From Octopus sinensis (lineage: Eukaryota): a stretch of DNA of 64,000 nt. Each line of letters starts with the position of its first letter. Position 1 is the first letter of the stretch. The stretch covers positions 2,046,001-2,110,000 of the forward strand of contig NC_043026.1 of assembly GCF_006345805.1 (NCBI RefSeq). The letters run 5' to 3'. A program made the translations under genes and the position numbers. Under the pieces are notes generated by a model. The model was not told the origin of the DNA and searched no databases. It was given only the letters and a program-made list of their open reading frames with translations. This document shows positions 13,755 to 27,597 of the stretch, one piece after another.

Positions 13755-15425
13755 TGTTTGTCTCCCCACTGCTTGACAACTGGTGTTGGTTTGTTTACAT
13801 CCACTGTAACTTGGCAGTTTAGCAAAAGGAGGCTGATAGAATAACCAGCTTAAAAAAAATTAAAAGAGATTCTTACCACACAGGTTTGGTTGTGTGGTAA
13901 GTAGCTTGCTTTCCAACCACATGGTCCTGGGTTCAGTCCCATTGTGTGGTATCTTCAGCAAGTGTCTTCTACAGGAGCCAGCCTCAGGCCAACCAAAGCC
14001 TCGAGAGTGGATTTGGGAGATGGAAACTGAAAGAAGCCTGTCAAACAAGGAAAAGGTAAAATGGATCAATTCATTCAACTAAAAGTTCATCAAAGCAGTG
14101 CCCCAGCATGGCCACAGTCTAAAAGACAGAAGATAATGCTTTGACACCGTGAGCAAATGTCACATTATTTTCTATGCCTGGAAAAGTGGACATTGGAAAC
14201 AAAGATGATGAAACTAGGAGGCTTTTCCGCGTCTGAGGATACAAGAGCGTGTAAACGGTTTTGTTTATGAATTATTTTTCTGTAGGTGCTTAAAACAAAT
14301 TCATCTTTTTTGAATGTTCTGAATCACTGAATTCAAAGTAAAAAGCAAAAAAAATTTGAAAAAGAGAAGGATAAAAAAATGCTAAAACAATATGAATAGG
14401 TGTGGAGTGGCTGTGTGGTAAGTAGCTTGCTTACCAGCCACATGGTTCCGGGTTCAGTCCCACTGTGTGGCACCTTGGGCAAGTGTCTTCGACTATAGTC
14501 TCAGGCCGAACAAAGACTTGTGAGTGGATTTGGTAGACGGAAACTGAAAAGAAGCCCAGCATATGTATGTATATGTATATATATGTGTGTGTTTGTCTCC
14601 CCACTGCTTGACAACTGGTGTTGGTTTGTTTACATCCACTGTAACTTGGCAGTTTAGCAAAAGGAGGCTGATAGAATAACCAGCTTAAAAAAAATTAAAA
14701 GAGATTCTTACCACACAGTTTGGTTGTGTGGTAAGTAGCTTGCTTTCAACCACATGGTCCTGGGTTCAGTCCCATTGTGTGGTATCTTCAGCAAGTGTCT
14801 TCTACAGGAGCCAGCCTCAGGCCAACCAAAGCCTCGAGAGTGGATTTGGGAGATGGAAACTGAAAGAAGCCTGTCAAACAAGGAAAAGGTAAAATGGATC
14901 AATTCATTCAACTAAAAGTTCATCAAAGCAGTGCCCCAGCATGGCCACAGTCTAAAAGACAGAAGATAATGCTTTGACACCGTGAGCAAATGTCACATTA
15001 TTTTCTATGCCTGGAAAAGTGGACATTGGAAACAAAGATGATGAAACTAGGAGGCTTTTCCGCGTCTGAGGATACAAGAGCGTGTAAACGGTTTTGTTTA
15101 TGAATTATTTTTCTGTAGGTGCTTAAAACAAATTCATCTTTTTTGAATGTTCTGAATCACTGAATTCAAAGTAAAAAGCAAAAAAAATTTGAAAAAGAGG
15201 AAGGATAAAAAAATGCTAAAACAATATGAATAGGTGTGGGAGTGGCTGTGTGGTAAGTAGCTTGCTTACCAGCCACATGGTTCCGGGTTCAGTCCCACTG
15301 TGTGGCACCTTGGGCAAGTGTCTTCGACTATAGTCTCAGGCCGAACAAAGACTTGTGAGTGGATTTGGTAGACGGAAACTGAAAAGAAGCCCAGCATATG
15401 TATGTATATGTATATATATGTGTGT
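13755..15425 (+). repeat. Tandem duplication of an ~835-bp unit
   Basis: 13755-14588 and 14588-15425 are almost identical (duplicated ORFs 13860-14078 and 14708-14911). The breakpoints fall within SINE microsatellite cores. Confidence 0.92.
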
Positions 15426-15759
15426 GTTTGTCCCCCCCAACATCGCTTGACAACCGACACTGGTGTGTTTACGCCCCCATAACTTAGCTGTTTGGCAAAA
15501 GAGACCAATAAAATAAGTACCAGACTTAGAAAGAATATGGGGTCGATTTGCTCAACTAAAGGCGATACTCCAGCATGGCCACAGTCTAATGACTGAAACA
15601 AGTAAAAGATGAACAATAAAAAATATACATTGACAGCAAGATTTTCAATGCAGGTCATTTAAACCCTTTTAGCATTTAAACAGGCCCTCACTTAGCCCAA
15701 ATACTCACCCTGTTTTATGTTTAGATTTAGCCCTACACTACAATGTCATTCTAAAAACA

Positions 15760-16396
15760 GTCTTGTATGATGCCTGTGTGCCGACATCTATGCCACATGG
15801 CAGTGAGACATAGGTTGTGACTAATGAGGAAGACTGGAAAGAAATGAAGCCAGTGTGCTTTGCTGGATGGATAATGTCAGGGTGTGAGTGATTTGGGAGA
15901 TTAACTGGGTGTATAGGGCATGAGATGCAGTTTGCAAGGAGGGAGAAGACTTAGGACAGGTGTATCAAGTGGTACCAATCTCTAACTGCAGAGGGAACAT
16001 GTGGAAGGGATAGACCGAGAAAGATGTGGGATGAAGTGGTGAGAAAGGATCTACAGATGTTGGGACTCACAGAGGGGATGACAGGGGACCGAGACCCCTG
16101 GGGGTTTGTTGTGCTTGAAAAGACACACTAAGCTAAGTAAAAGTATGGTTGCCCTTGCAACCCTCTCCAGCTGGACATCCTTAATCTTGTGGGCTTGTAA
16201 GTGTTGGTGCCACGTAAAAAGCACCCTTGTCGGTCCTGCAGAAAAGCACCTAGTATACTCTGTGGAGTGAGTGGTGTTACGAAGGACATCTAGCTGTAGA
16301 AACCAAGCCAAAACAGATATGGAGCCTGAACAGCCCTTCAGCAGTCAAACTCTCCAACCCATACCAGCATGGAAAACGGACGTTAAATGATGATGA
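15760..16396 (+). mobile_element. RTE-like LINE 3' end plus 3'UTR with (GAT)n tail; UTR shared by short copies at 1020-1280 (-), 42740-42900 (+) and 49870-50038 (+)
   Basis: LYDACV...HGSET*..., EGTCGRDRPRKMWDEVVRKDL..LGL...DRD.W, then ccagcatggaaaacggacgttaaatgatgatga. Confidence 0.65.
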
Positions 16397-17459
16397 AATA
16401 CAATATGAGTTTTTTTAAAACTTGGGTTCCAGAAAAGTAAAATAGGAACGAAGGGCTCTATAGACAAAAAGGAAATGGTTGAGAACCATTGACCAAACAC
16501 AGTCGTGGATAGACAGTGACCCACAGGACTTTATGAATGGCACATCATTCTACTTTTTCGTAGGGTGACTCAGTTGATGATGGGCTGTGCCATGTGGCCC
16601 TCTTCTTGATAATGCGGAAGTGTAGTGAGGGTGACATGGCGATGGGGACAGCCTGTACCCGAGCGACTCTTTTGTAGGGGTAGCACTTTCGTATCTAAGC
16701 CAGTTTAATGGGTGATGGGGTCAGCAGGTTCAAGGGCTGCGCCAGGGTGCCGCACACTCCACCCATGTCAGTGAGCACAGCCTCAGTGCTAGACTCTGAG
16801 AAACTAAAGCTAAGTGAATTTCTTATAGTACTAGTGTTGGTTTGTTTATGTCCCGGTAACTTAGCAGTTTGGCCTAAGATACCGATAAAATAACAGGCTT
16901 AAACAAAACGGTACTTTGTGGTTATCTCACCCCCATTAAAAAATTGGGTCACTCCCCCCCAGTTTTACGAGAAATATTGCTTAACCCCCAATAAAACAAA
17001 AAAAAAAAACGGAAAGATGAAAGTTTTTGAATCTGAAAATATTTTTATAAATCGTAGAAAACTAAAAAAAATTAATAAACATGAAAACGGAAAAAATTAA
17101 GCATACTGGACTGTTGCTCGAGGAACTCATAGGTTTAAGGGCTCAATTATGACCTATGCTGTCAATAAATACATAATACAGGGCCCAGTGTATTGATTTG
17201 CCCTGGGATTGGGGAGGGGGGATTTAATGCTTTTAAGATTTCATCCTTTCGGGAAGGTGATTGGTGAAATTGTTTGCGCATAGAGGGGCATGTCTTATGG
17301 TATCTGTTCCAGTAGTCTACGTTTCAGGTTCAAATTCCACCTCCTCGTGACAGGAAAACCAGTTCTTCGGAAGCCGGCTAACGGGGTTAGGACTCAAAAA
17401 ACAAAAAAAAAACAAAAAACAACAGAGATAGTCGTCGCGAGGGCAGAAAAATCTACATC

Positions 17460-17830
17460 AGTGGAAACTGGTGATTGCGCTGCCCAAATCCACATTGGAA
17501 GTCAACCTATGGGATATCAAACGTGTTCCTGGTAAAATCCAATGTCTGATAATGGGTATTTTGCACGTGCGATCGGAGACCTCAATCGATCAGCATTTTT
17601 CAATGTCCCTTTCTGCACCCAATGGCCTTTATGCCATCCTCCTCGCTTGTTTTTCTCATGCATATATTTGGAATCGTCTATTTCTACAGAAATGGCGCTT
17701 CCTGCATCATCCAATCCACCTGGTTGCAGAGAACGAGCGACAAAGTACTGCTTAAATACATCTCTCGCTTAACATGCAGCTTAGCGTCGTAAAAATAGAT
17801 GTGCAATTATGATAAATGGCTCCAAGCTGT
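17460..17830 (-). mobile_element. Merlin (IS1016/ISXO2-like) transposase relic
   Basis: Frameshifted segments GG...ISVEIDDSKYMHEKNKRGGWHKGHWV and VSDRTCKIPIIRHWILPGTRLISH match the Merlin VEIDES..KRKY.RG...G.WV and V.DR....L.PII..WILPGT.I.SD motifs. Confidence 0.75.
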
Positions 17831-18378
17831 ATACTCTCTGAATCACTTCGTCAGAAACGGCCCAATTGTGTAGGGCGGGGGTGGGAACATGCACAAAGTG
17901 GCCATCCTATGCGATCTGCACTGGTTGGCCACTTTATATATATATTTACTGTAATCGAAGGTACGTTTAAGAAAAGGAACGGACAATTTGGCGACCAGAG
18001 AGGACGGCCAAAGGATTTTGGCCGGCCTCTCTGGTCGCCAAATTGCCCGCCGTCGCAACATCCTGCTCATGAACAGAAGCACAGTCCCGAAATGTTAGAA
18101 TGTACTCCGCCTAACCCCACAACATTACGAATATATTCACTCTGCTTACTAAGTAGAAAATGTTCTTCGTTGGTCCATGCATATTTATATACATACACAA
18201 CACAGTTGAGTGATTTGAGGGAAATTTGTTTACTATTTCTTGTGGCCGCGTAGAGGACTCATTCGTTGGCTCACGCAGGAAAACATACACATGCCACCGG
18301 ATGGTTTGAGGAAGATTTGGTCGCTATTTCTATTCGGTCTATTCACCACGAAGCAACTCCGTTACTGACTCATTCGTG

Positions 18379-18562
18379 CATACATACACACATACATACA
18401 CACATACATACATACACACATACATACATACACATACATACATACACACACATACATACATACACACACATACATACATACATACACATACATACATACA
18501 CACACATACATACATACATACACATACATACATATACACATACATACATACATACACATACA

Positions 18563-18594
<32 letters not shown>

Positions 18595-19808
18595 CACATA
18601 CATACATACATACATACATACATACATACATACATACATACACATACATACATACATACATACATACATACATACACATACATACATACATACACATACA
18701 CATACATACACATACATACATACATACATACATACATACATACATACATACATACATACATGCATACATACATACATACATACATTCATACACATACATA
18801 CATACATACACATACATACATACATACACATACATACATACACACACATACATACATACACACACATACATACACACACATACATACATACATACATACA
18901 TACACACACATACATACACACACATACATACATACATACATACATACATACATACATACATACACATACATACATACATACACATACATACATACATGCA
19001 TACATACATACACACACATACATACATACATACATACACACACATACATACATACACACATACATACATACATACATACATACACACATACATACATACA
19101 TACACATACATACATACACACATACATACATACACACATACATACATACATACATACATACACACACATACATACATACATACACATACACACATACATA
19201 CATACATACACATACATACATACACATACATACATACATACATACATACATAAACATACATACATACATACACATACATACATACACACACATACATACA
19301 CACACATACATACATACATACACACACATACATACATACATACACATACACACATACATACATACATACATACATACATACATACACATACATACATACA
19401 TACATACACACACATACACACATACATACACATACATACATACATACACACATACATTACATACATACATACATACACATACATACATACATACATACAT
19501 ACATACATACACACATACACATACATACATACATACACACATACATACATACATACATACATACACATACATACATACATACATACATACATACACACAC
19601 ATACATACATACATACACACACATACATACATACATACACATACACACATACATACATACATACATACATACATACATACATACATACATACACATACAT
19701 ACATACATACATACATACATACACACACATACATACATACATACACATACCACATACATACATACATACATACATACATACAACATACATACATACATAC
19801 ACACTACA

Positions 19809-19840
<32 letters not shown>

Positions 19841-20388
19841 CATACATACACATACATACATACATAACACACCTACATACATACATACATACATACATAC
19901 ATACATACATACATACACATACACATACACATACATACATACATACACATACATACATACATACACATACATACATACATACATACATACACACACATAC
20001 ATCACACACATACATACATACATACACCATACATACATACATACACATACACACATACATACATACATACACATACATACATACATACACACATACATAC
20101 ATACATACACATACATACATACATACACACATACATACATACATACATACATACATACACATACATACATACATACATACATACATACATACACATACAT
20201 ACATACATACACATACATACATACACACACATACATACATACATACATACATACATACACACACATACATACACACACATACATACATACATACATACAT
20301 GCATACATACATACACACACATACATACATACATACATACATACACATACATACATACACATACATACATACACACACATACATACAT

Positions 20389-20419
<31 letters not shown>

Positions 20420-20610
20420 TACATACATACATACATACATACATACATACATACATACATACATACATACATACACATACATACATACACACACATACAT
20501 ACATACATACACATACATACATACACACATACATACATACATACACATACATACATACACACACATACATACATACATACACACATACATACATACAAGC
20601 GTACATACGA
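18379..20610. repeat. ~2.2-kb (CATA)n/(CA)n compound microsatellite; continues at 20880-21148
   Basis: Direct reading. Confidence 0.98.
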
Positions 20611-22223
20611 ACGTACTTACATATATCCAGATTACAAGCTCAGGTTTATACCTGTAATTACTAGGGCACTGAGATATGTAACACACTGCCTAAATACCAA
20701 TCTTGAGAAATTAGGTTTCTCAAAACCAGAAAGGGGAAAGCTGATTCGAAGACTGTAGATCCAATCCATCACTGGAACTGTAAACATCTGTAAAACTTTC
20801 CAGAAGTTTATCATACAAATATATATGAGAATGTTTAGATATGCATGAAAATACATACATAAAATGAAACATACAAATCTGCACACATACATACATACAC
20901 ACATACATACATACATACACACATACATACATACATGCATACATACATACATACATACATACATACATACATGCATGCATACATACATATATACATACAT
21001 AACATACATACATACATGCATACATACGTACATACATACATACATACATACATACATACATACACACACATACGTACATACATACGTACATGCATACATA
21101 CATACATACATACATACATACATACATACATACATACATACATACATACGTGCATGTTTCGGTTTGCTAAATCCACTCGCACGGCTTTGACCAGCCCGGG
21201 GCTATAGAAGACACTTAGCCCAGATGCCACGCAGAAGGCCCGAACCCAAGACCGCATGGTTCAGAAGCAAACTTCTTAATCATACGGACACATCTGCGCC
21301 AAAAAATAAAAAATATTCGTCAACGTATTTTCCCCAACATAATAATCAGGGTAGCCATGACTATTGAACGCTGATCGATCAATGCGGTCGATAACCTTTA
21401 TTCAAACACAATGTATCTTAGGACTATATTATTTTACAGGTGATCAGGTGTGATATTGCTGCGATTTCTAACAAAAGAACATCCGACAGTGACCGTCTCG
21501 TCTTTGTAAGATGAGTCTAGCAAAAGATACCACCAGTAACAATCTGTTAGTCATGTAGTCCAGGACTACATTATAAATCCTTAAATCCTTAAAAATGTTT
21601 TAGCCCGAAGGCCGCGGCCATGCTGGGGCACCACCGCTAAAAAGTAATGGTGGACAGCCGTGACCAGGATTATCTAAAATATTTCTTCTTTCTTTGAAGA
21701 TAATGTGTAATTTGGCTGCTATTTCTAGCAAAAGAAGTTGCGGCTGAAATCATCTCCCCTTTTATTCAGTCAAACTGCAACTGAATTATCTAAAGTTTCT
21801 TTCACTTTTTAAAGACGGTAATTGATGATTAGGCTGCTATTTCTAGCAAACACTTCCAGCTATAACCACCTCGTTTGTTAATCATTCACAGAATATCATC
21901 TCACGCGTCTGTAGCAAAATTGTTTGTGCTCTGGAGCCTATTATCTTTTTCAATAAATCGGTGAAATTATCGAAGAGCAGACGGGTGAGTGTTTCTCATC
22001 AAGGCCCGTTGTGCTTGGTTTCTTGTCGATTTTCACCAGAGATTGAATTAACCAAACGCAGCACATGAAACCAAAGATGACCCAAAGCTGAATTATCCAA
22101 GCAATGGATGAACTACAACCACCAGAATTCATAATGTTCCTTACTTGATCCAATGGTACCACTTTACGAAGGAATAAAGTCTCATTCGGTTATTTTGTTA
22201 CTTCGACGAGTGAACACGCAAAA

Positions 22224-22624
22224 TCTTTATATATAAAAGTGAGGCTGTGTGCTGTCTGTCTGCTACGATTTTGATTCATAACTACTCCCACATTTTGCGG
22301 TGCAGTGTAACCAAAACCGGGTATCTTATAGTCGTCATTCATATCGAGCCCTTCTGGGTATTAGCGCGCGTCTACGATGAGTCTACGATTTTGAAAATAA
22401 TTTACCATCAATTTTTCCCATTTTTTAATGCATTTTTTTGCTATTATATAAGGGAAGTAACTCTCTAAAAATTTATTATTAAATCTCAGAACGTAAAAAG
22501 CTACAGTAACACCCCCTCTTTGTGGTTAGCCATATTGAGATGGCTATTATACTTTACATCGCTAAAAATGCTTATATAGTTATTTCCCTTACAAACCCGA
22601 GCAACGCCGGGCGATACTGCGTAG
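22224..22624 (+). mobile_element. Non-autonomous Helitron
   Basis: 5' A|TCTTTATATATAAAAG start and a subterminal GC hairpin CCCGAGCAACGCCGGG (22596-22611), followed ~10 nt later by a CTAG-like end (GTAG). Confidence 0.7.
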
Positions 22625-24414
22625 CCGTATTTGGTCTGTCGTTACGTTCTGAGTTCAAATTCCGCCGAGGTACACTTTGCCTTTCATCCTTTCGGGGTCG
22701 ATAAATTTAGTACCAGTTACGCACTGGGGTCGATGTAATCGACTTAATACATATGTCTGTCCTTGTTTGTCACCCTTGTGGGTAATAAAGAAATAGGTAT
22801 TCCGTCTGCCGTTACGTTTTGGGTTCAAATTCCGCCGAGGTCGACTTTGCCTTTCATCCTTTCGGGGTCGATAAATTAAGTACCAGTTACGCACTGTGGT
22901 CGATGTAATTGACTTAATCCGTTTGTCTGTGCTTGTTTGTCCCCTCTATGTTTAGCCCCTTGTGGGTAGTAAAGAATAGGTATTCATGATTGCTTTAGTA
23001 AAGCCAAGGAAGACTTTAGACTCAACGTAAAACGTGTTAAACGTTTTAAAAAGCAATATGGTGTGTTTTGGAAGTTTAGCAAAATGTTTTAGCTGTAACC
23101 AACAGTTCACAAAGTGTGTCTAGGTCTACATCAAAGTTAAAAAAGGTTGGATAGTCACATTTGGAACGTCTTTGATCATAAGAGTGCTCTATCAAGCTAA
23201 TAACAATTACAACGAATCCTACATGGTCAAGTGATCTGCTAGAAATCGTAGCGAAAGTCTGCCCTCCACCCCTCACCAAATCGCGTTAACGTTTACTTGT
23301 CTCAGTCATTGGACAGCGGCCATCCTGGGGCACGCCGTCGAAGGTTTAGTCGAACAAACCAACACATTACTTATTTTTAAGTAGTACTTTTTCTGCCGGC
23401 CTCTTTTTGCAGAAACGGGGATGTAAACAAAACACCACCAGTTGTCGTGGTAAGTAGCTTGCTTACCAACCACACGGTTCCGGGTTCAGTCCCATTGCGT
23501 AGCACCTTGGTCAAATGTCTTCTACTATAGCCTCGGGCCGTCCAAAACCTTATGAGTGGATTTGGTAGACGGAAACTGAGAGAAGCCCGTCGTGTGTGTA
23601 TGTGTGTGAGACCATTGCTTGACAACCGGTGTTGGTGTGTTTACGCCCGGTAATTTAACAGTTTGGCGAAAGAGACTGATAGAATAAGTACCAGGTTTTA
23701 AAGAAAAAAGTAGTGGGTTCGCTCGGGCCAAAATTTCTTCAAGACGGTGCCCCAGCATGGACGCAGTCAAATGATTGAAACAAGTAAAAGATGGAAGAGA
23801 TTATACAAATCCGGAATGGAAAAGCTGAAATAGTCCTAATTGTAATCCTCATCATCAAAATATATGAGGAAACAAAGTCGTGAGGCGTGGAATATCCAGA
23901 TTCGGTTACAGACAAGCTACCTGAAAGGCATTTGTAAAAAATTTCATGAAAAATTATCCATTTTTTTTGGAAGTTATGAGAAACAAAATCGTTGAGATAC
24001 GCTTGTGTAGATATGCCCCGGCTTCTACACACCCTTAAGACCTCTACATGATAGCTGGACCTGTTAGAAATAGCAGCCAAATCTTCCTAAAATCACAGCC
24101 TACTATTATAAAAAAGGGTGCACTGGATGATATGGTCGTGGGGTCCCTATATAAAAGAAAAGATAAGATCGTCATGACTAGAATATTGTTTAGTCTGGAG
24201 GCCAAACAAGGTACTTCTCTCTATGAGGTCGCTTGATCGATTAGAAATAGCAACCAAATCTCCCTTAAAATACATTCTGTATCTTTAGAGGGAAAATGGT
24301 AATTTGAAGTTCATGGTCTGAAATAGAGAGTCATTTCCAAAGCATAAAATAGTGAGTCTGGTTCATTTTAGTTTGCGAATGAACATAAAGTTTAATTTCG
24401 GTGAGATGGGGAAA

Positions 24415-24612
24415 ATGTTTAGGGTTCACTTAGGGCTGGGATTAGGGTTCACTTAGGGCTGGGATTTAGCACTTAGGTTTAGAGTTCAAGGTTAAGATTT
24501 AGTGTTAGGGTTGAGTTTAGGAATTAAGGTTAGGGTTAGGATTTACTGTTAGGTTAAGGGGTTACGATAAGGGTTAGGGTTTTGATTCACAGCTTAGGGC
24601 TAGGGGTTAAAG
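24415..24612 (+). repeat. Degenerate interstitial TTAGGG-like repeat
   Basis: Many TTAGGG/TTAGG variants, for example ggttagggttagg and gggttagggtt. Confidence 0.7.
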
Positions 24613-25847
24613 GTCGGTATGGTCATGGTTGGAAATTTATAGATGAGTTGAATTTTCTTTATGATGCGCATGATCCATATTTTTAGCGCATGCGTTCAAA
24701 CCCAAATCGATAAATCAATTGTTTGTAGAAATTTCTGTTCCGGTCCCTTGAAGCCCGATTTTCCCAAACAAAGGATTGGGACACACAGAATAAGGTAACC
24801 TCCGATATGCACTCCATCGCTGGAACACCATTGGTCAAAATTCTTGTCTGCATTGCCAACACTGACCGTGCGCTCAGTAACCACACGAGCCAATCAAGGA
24901 GCCTCTTACGTGGTTACTAAACACAGAAGAGGTGTGACATAAATCTCAACCAAAACAATTTCAGCAGGCCCACAATTAAAAGCATTCCAACTACGACCAT
25001 CCTGTTTCTTTTTGAGGTGGGGATTGCATGTTATAATGTCCTATACGACCTTCCTTTTTTAAAGACGGTTGTATGCAATCAAATGTGATTTGACTGCTAT
25101 TTCTAGCAAATTCAAACTCGTTCGTTTTATGCATTGTGAAGTAGAGTGTGGTACTATAATGTATCATTTAATACCAAGACATACTTATTTTAAAGGATTC
25201 CAACCGTGACGGTCCTGCATGAGACAAAAGCAAAAACAGAAAGCTACAGTGAATAATGTACTCTTGGATACACTGGCAATAGACAGGATGGTCATAGATG
25301 GAACATTTTTGATCGTAAGTATGCACGATCACGTCTAATATGGGGTTAAACAGCGAAATAATCTTTCAGACTCTTTAAAAGAACCTGCAATTTAGTGCGA
25401 GTCTGCAGTGTGATACCGTAGTGTCCTGACGTGGCGATGAGGCGTTGTGTGGGAAGGCGCAGTGGTGCAGCCTTGCATGTGGAAGAGTTCAATGTTTGAT
25501 AATACGGCACTTGTGGTGTGGCGGTGCAGTAATGTGTGCGTGAGAGAGAGAGAAATTCAAATGTGGTTGTTGCTTAGATCATGCCCGTTGCTTAGGGGGT
25601 ACAACTGGACGACGGCACTTTCCCCTTTCTCTTCATTGGTGCACCCTTAAATTTAACATTATTACAAATTAGAACGGACCCAAAATATTCTGAAGTGTCC
25701 CCAGACACCAAGGTATGGTGACATGCCTGGTTTTAGGTCCGAGTCAGCCCAGATTTAGCAGACCGCTGAACAAAGCCATTCAAACTATAACCATCCTGCC
25801 CCTTTTTTTTTTTTTAGGGGCAGTGTTTAGGACTACACTATCTTAAG

Positions 25848-25996
25848 CAGTCATGGGCCAACCGCGGGCCGCGGGGTTTTCTGAATGACACGCCTAACAA
25901 TTAAATTACCTTGACTTTTTTTTTTAGCAACGCGGCCCGGTTGATGTCGAGCCATGTTTCATGCGGCCCGCTTCTCGAAAAAGTTATCCATGCCTG
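25848..25996. mobile_element. hAT (Charlie-like) MITE
   Basis: Ends CAGTCATGGGCCAAC / GTTATCCATGCCTG, internal GCGGCCCG subterminal motifs, and partially matching 8-bp flanks. Confidence 0.55.
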
Positions 25997-26419
25997 ATCT
26001 AATATGACTGTGATATGAGGGAGATTTGGCTGCGTTTTCGAGCAAGGCGAGCGTTTAAGTAAAGACTTTCTTGTCATGTGGTGCGGCGGTGTAGCTTTCA
26101 ACACATAACACAAATCAGACTTGATTGCACAAACCAATTACAAAAAGCGTTCCAGCCGTAACCATCCGTCTTTTCCTATATCGGTGATAACATTATCCAA
26201 CGAAGCCTTCCCCTTTTCAAGCAGTAAAGTAAGATTTCAGGGATATTTAGCCACTATTACGAGCAGGTCGACTTCCACGTCAATTCATGTTGTTTGGTGT
26301 TTAGCCCAAGGTCAGCCCTGAACAAGAAGAATTATGACCAAGGATATTGCAACCGTGACCAGCCTGTCTTTTTCCGATGTACAGAAAACCGAAGACCACA
26401 TTATAGTTAAGACAGTAGT

Positions 26420-26910
26420 GTATGATTTGGAGGAAGTTTGGTTACTATTTCTAGCAGATCTAGCTTACATTGACCGGTCGCACTTATTAGCGCAATCATG
26501 TAAAAACTAACTATAACAAATATCAATGGGAGATTTAGCTGCTATTTTTAACAGACCTAGTTTCCTTCTAGATGTTTACCTTGTTGGCTCATGTTTACAT
26601 ATACAGTAATGTATATTTTGAGGGAGATTTGGCTGCTACTTATGACAAGTCTAGCTACAATGCGGAGGTGTATTCCATTGGCTCATACATAGATGTCATT
26701 TGAGGGCAATTTGGCTGCTATTACCAATGTAGAGGCCCATTACATGGCTAATGCATACACAACATAAGAGAATACGATCTGAGGGCGATTTGGTTACTAT
26801 TACCAATATAGAGGTCAACCACGTTGGCTTATGCATACACTGAGGTGATTTGAGGGGGTTTTGACAGCTATTTCTAACAGGACTAGCAACCACGTAAGCG
26901 GCTCCCCCAG
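26420..26910 (+). repeat. Degenerate tandem array, six ~70-100-bp units
   Basis: Recurring TTTGAGGGAGATTTGGCTGCTATTTCTAGCA-like core at ~26425, 26527, 26617, 26699, 26779 and 26849. Confidence 0.75.
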
Positions 26911-27037
26911 TTAAACTTGTATTCTGTAATAGAGTTTCCAGAGAAGAGGCGGCGACGGGGAAGAAGCGGAGAAAAAGACAAGAAAAGCATAAAAAATGAA
27001 AGGTATGACATAAACTGATCATTAAAGAAAAACTTAC

Positions 27038-27065
27038 CTGTCTGTATCATTCCTTTCTCTGCCAT
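27038..27065 (-). CDS. PTER: Phosphotriesterase-related protein, first coding exon (MAEKGMIQT + G)
   Basis: ATG at 27065 in GCAGCAATGG context, 28 nt, ending at a perfect donor G|GTAAGT (27037). The phase-1 junction joins the 10408 exon to give MAEKGMIQTVLGHIKPEALGRTLCHEHL, matching the PTER N-terminus (human-type GKVQTVLG..LGRTLTHEHL). An acceptor CAG at 27104-27102 suggests the exon begins at 27101 with 5'UTR. Confidence 0.88.
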
Positions 27066-27186
27066 TGCTGCTGTTATGTTGCTGGTGATGATGATGATGT
27101 CCTGCGTGTGCGTGTGTGACAAACAGAGAGAGAGAGCGAGTATGTAAGTGTGAGCTTATTTAAATGTGTGGTGTGTGTGTGTGTGT

Positions 27187-27223
<37 letters not shown>

Positions 27224-27409
27224 TTTGCGTATCGCCTCTTGTTTGCCTTTGGTGACACTAGCAACAGAAAGGCGTGTTATACCTTATATATATGCTTGAG
27301 CGTAGCTTATATATATATGTATATATATATATATATATATATTTGACAAGCACAACACAGAAAGTAAATATTAATATATATATCTAGATAGATAGCTAGC
27401 TAGCTAGCT

Positions 27410-27448
<39 letters not shown>

Positions 27449-27549
27449 TATATATATATAAGATAGATAGATAGATAGATAGATAGAATAGATAGATAGA
27501 TAGATATAGATAAAGATAGATAGATAGAGATATTTTTTATAGATATGTA

Positions 27550-27597
<48 letters not shown>

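Noticed and set aside
18266-20686. Very long ORFs (533-762 aa) of HTYI/MYVC repeats
   Set aside because: Translations of a (CATA)n microsatellite that is nearly stop-free in all six frames; no coding signal.
26420-26910. CRISPR-like repeat/spacer appearance
   Set aside because: Repeats are degenerate, spacers are related to each other, the context is eukaryotic and no cas genes are present.
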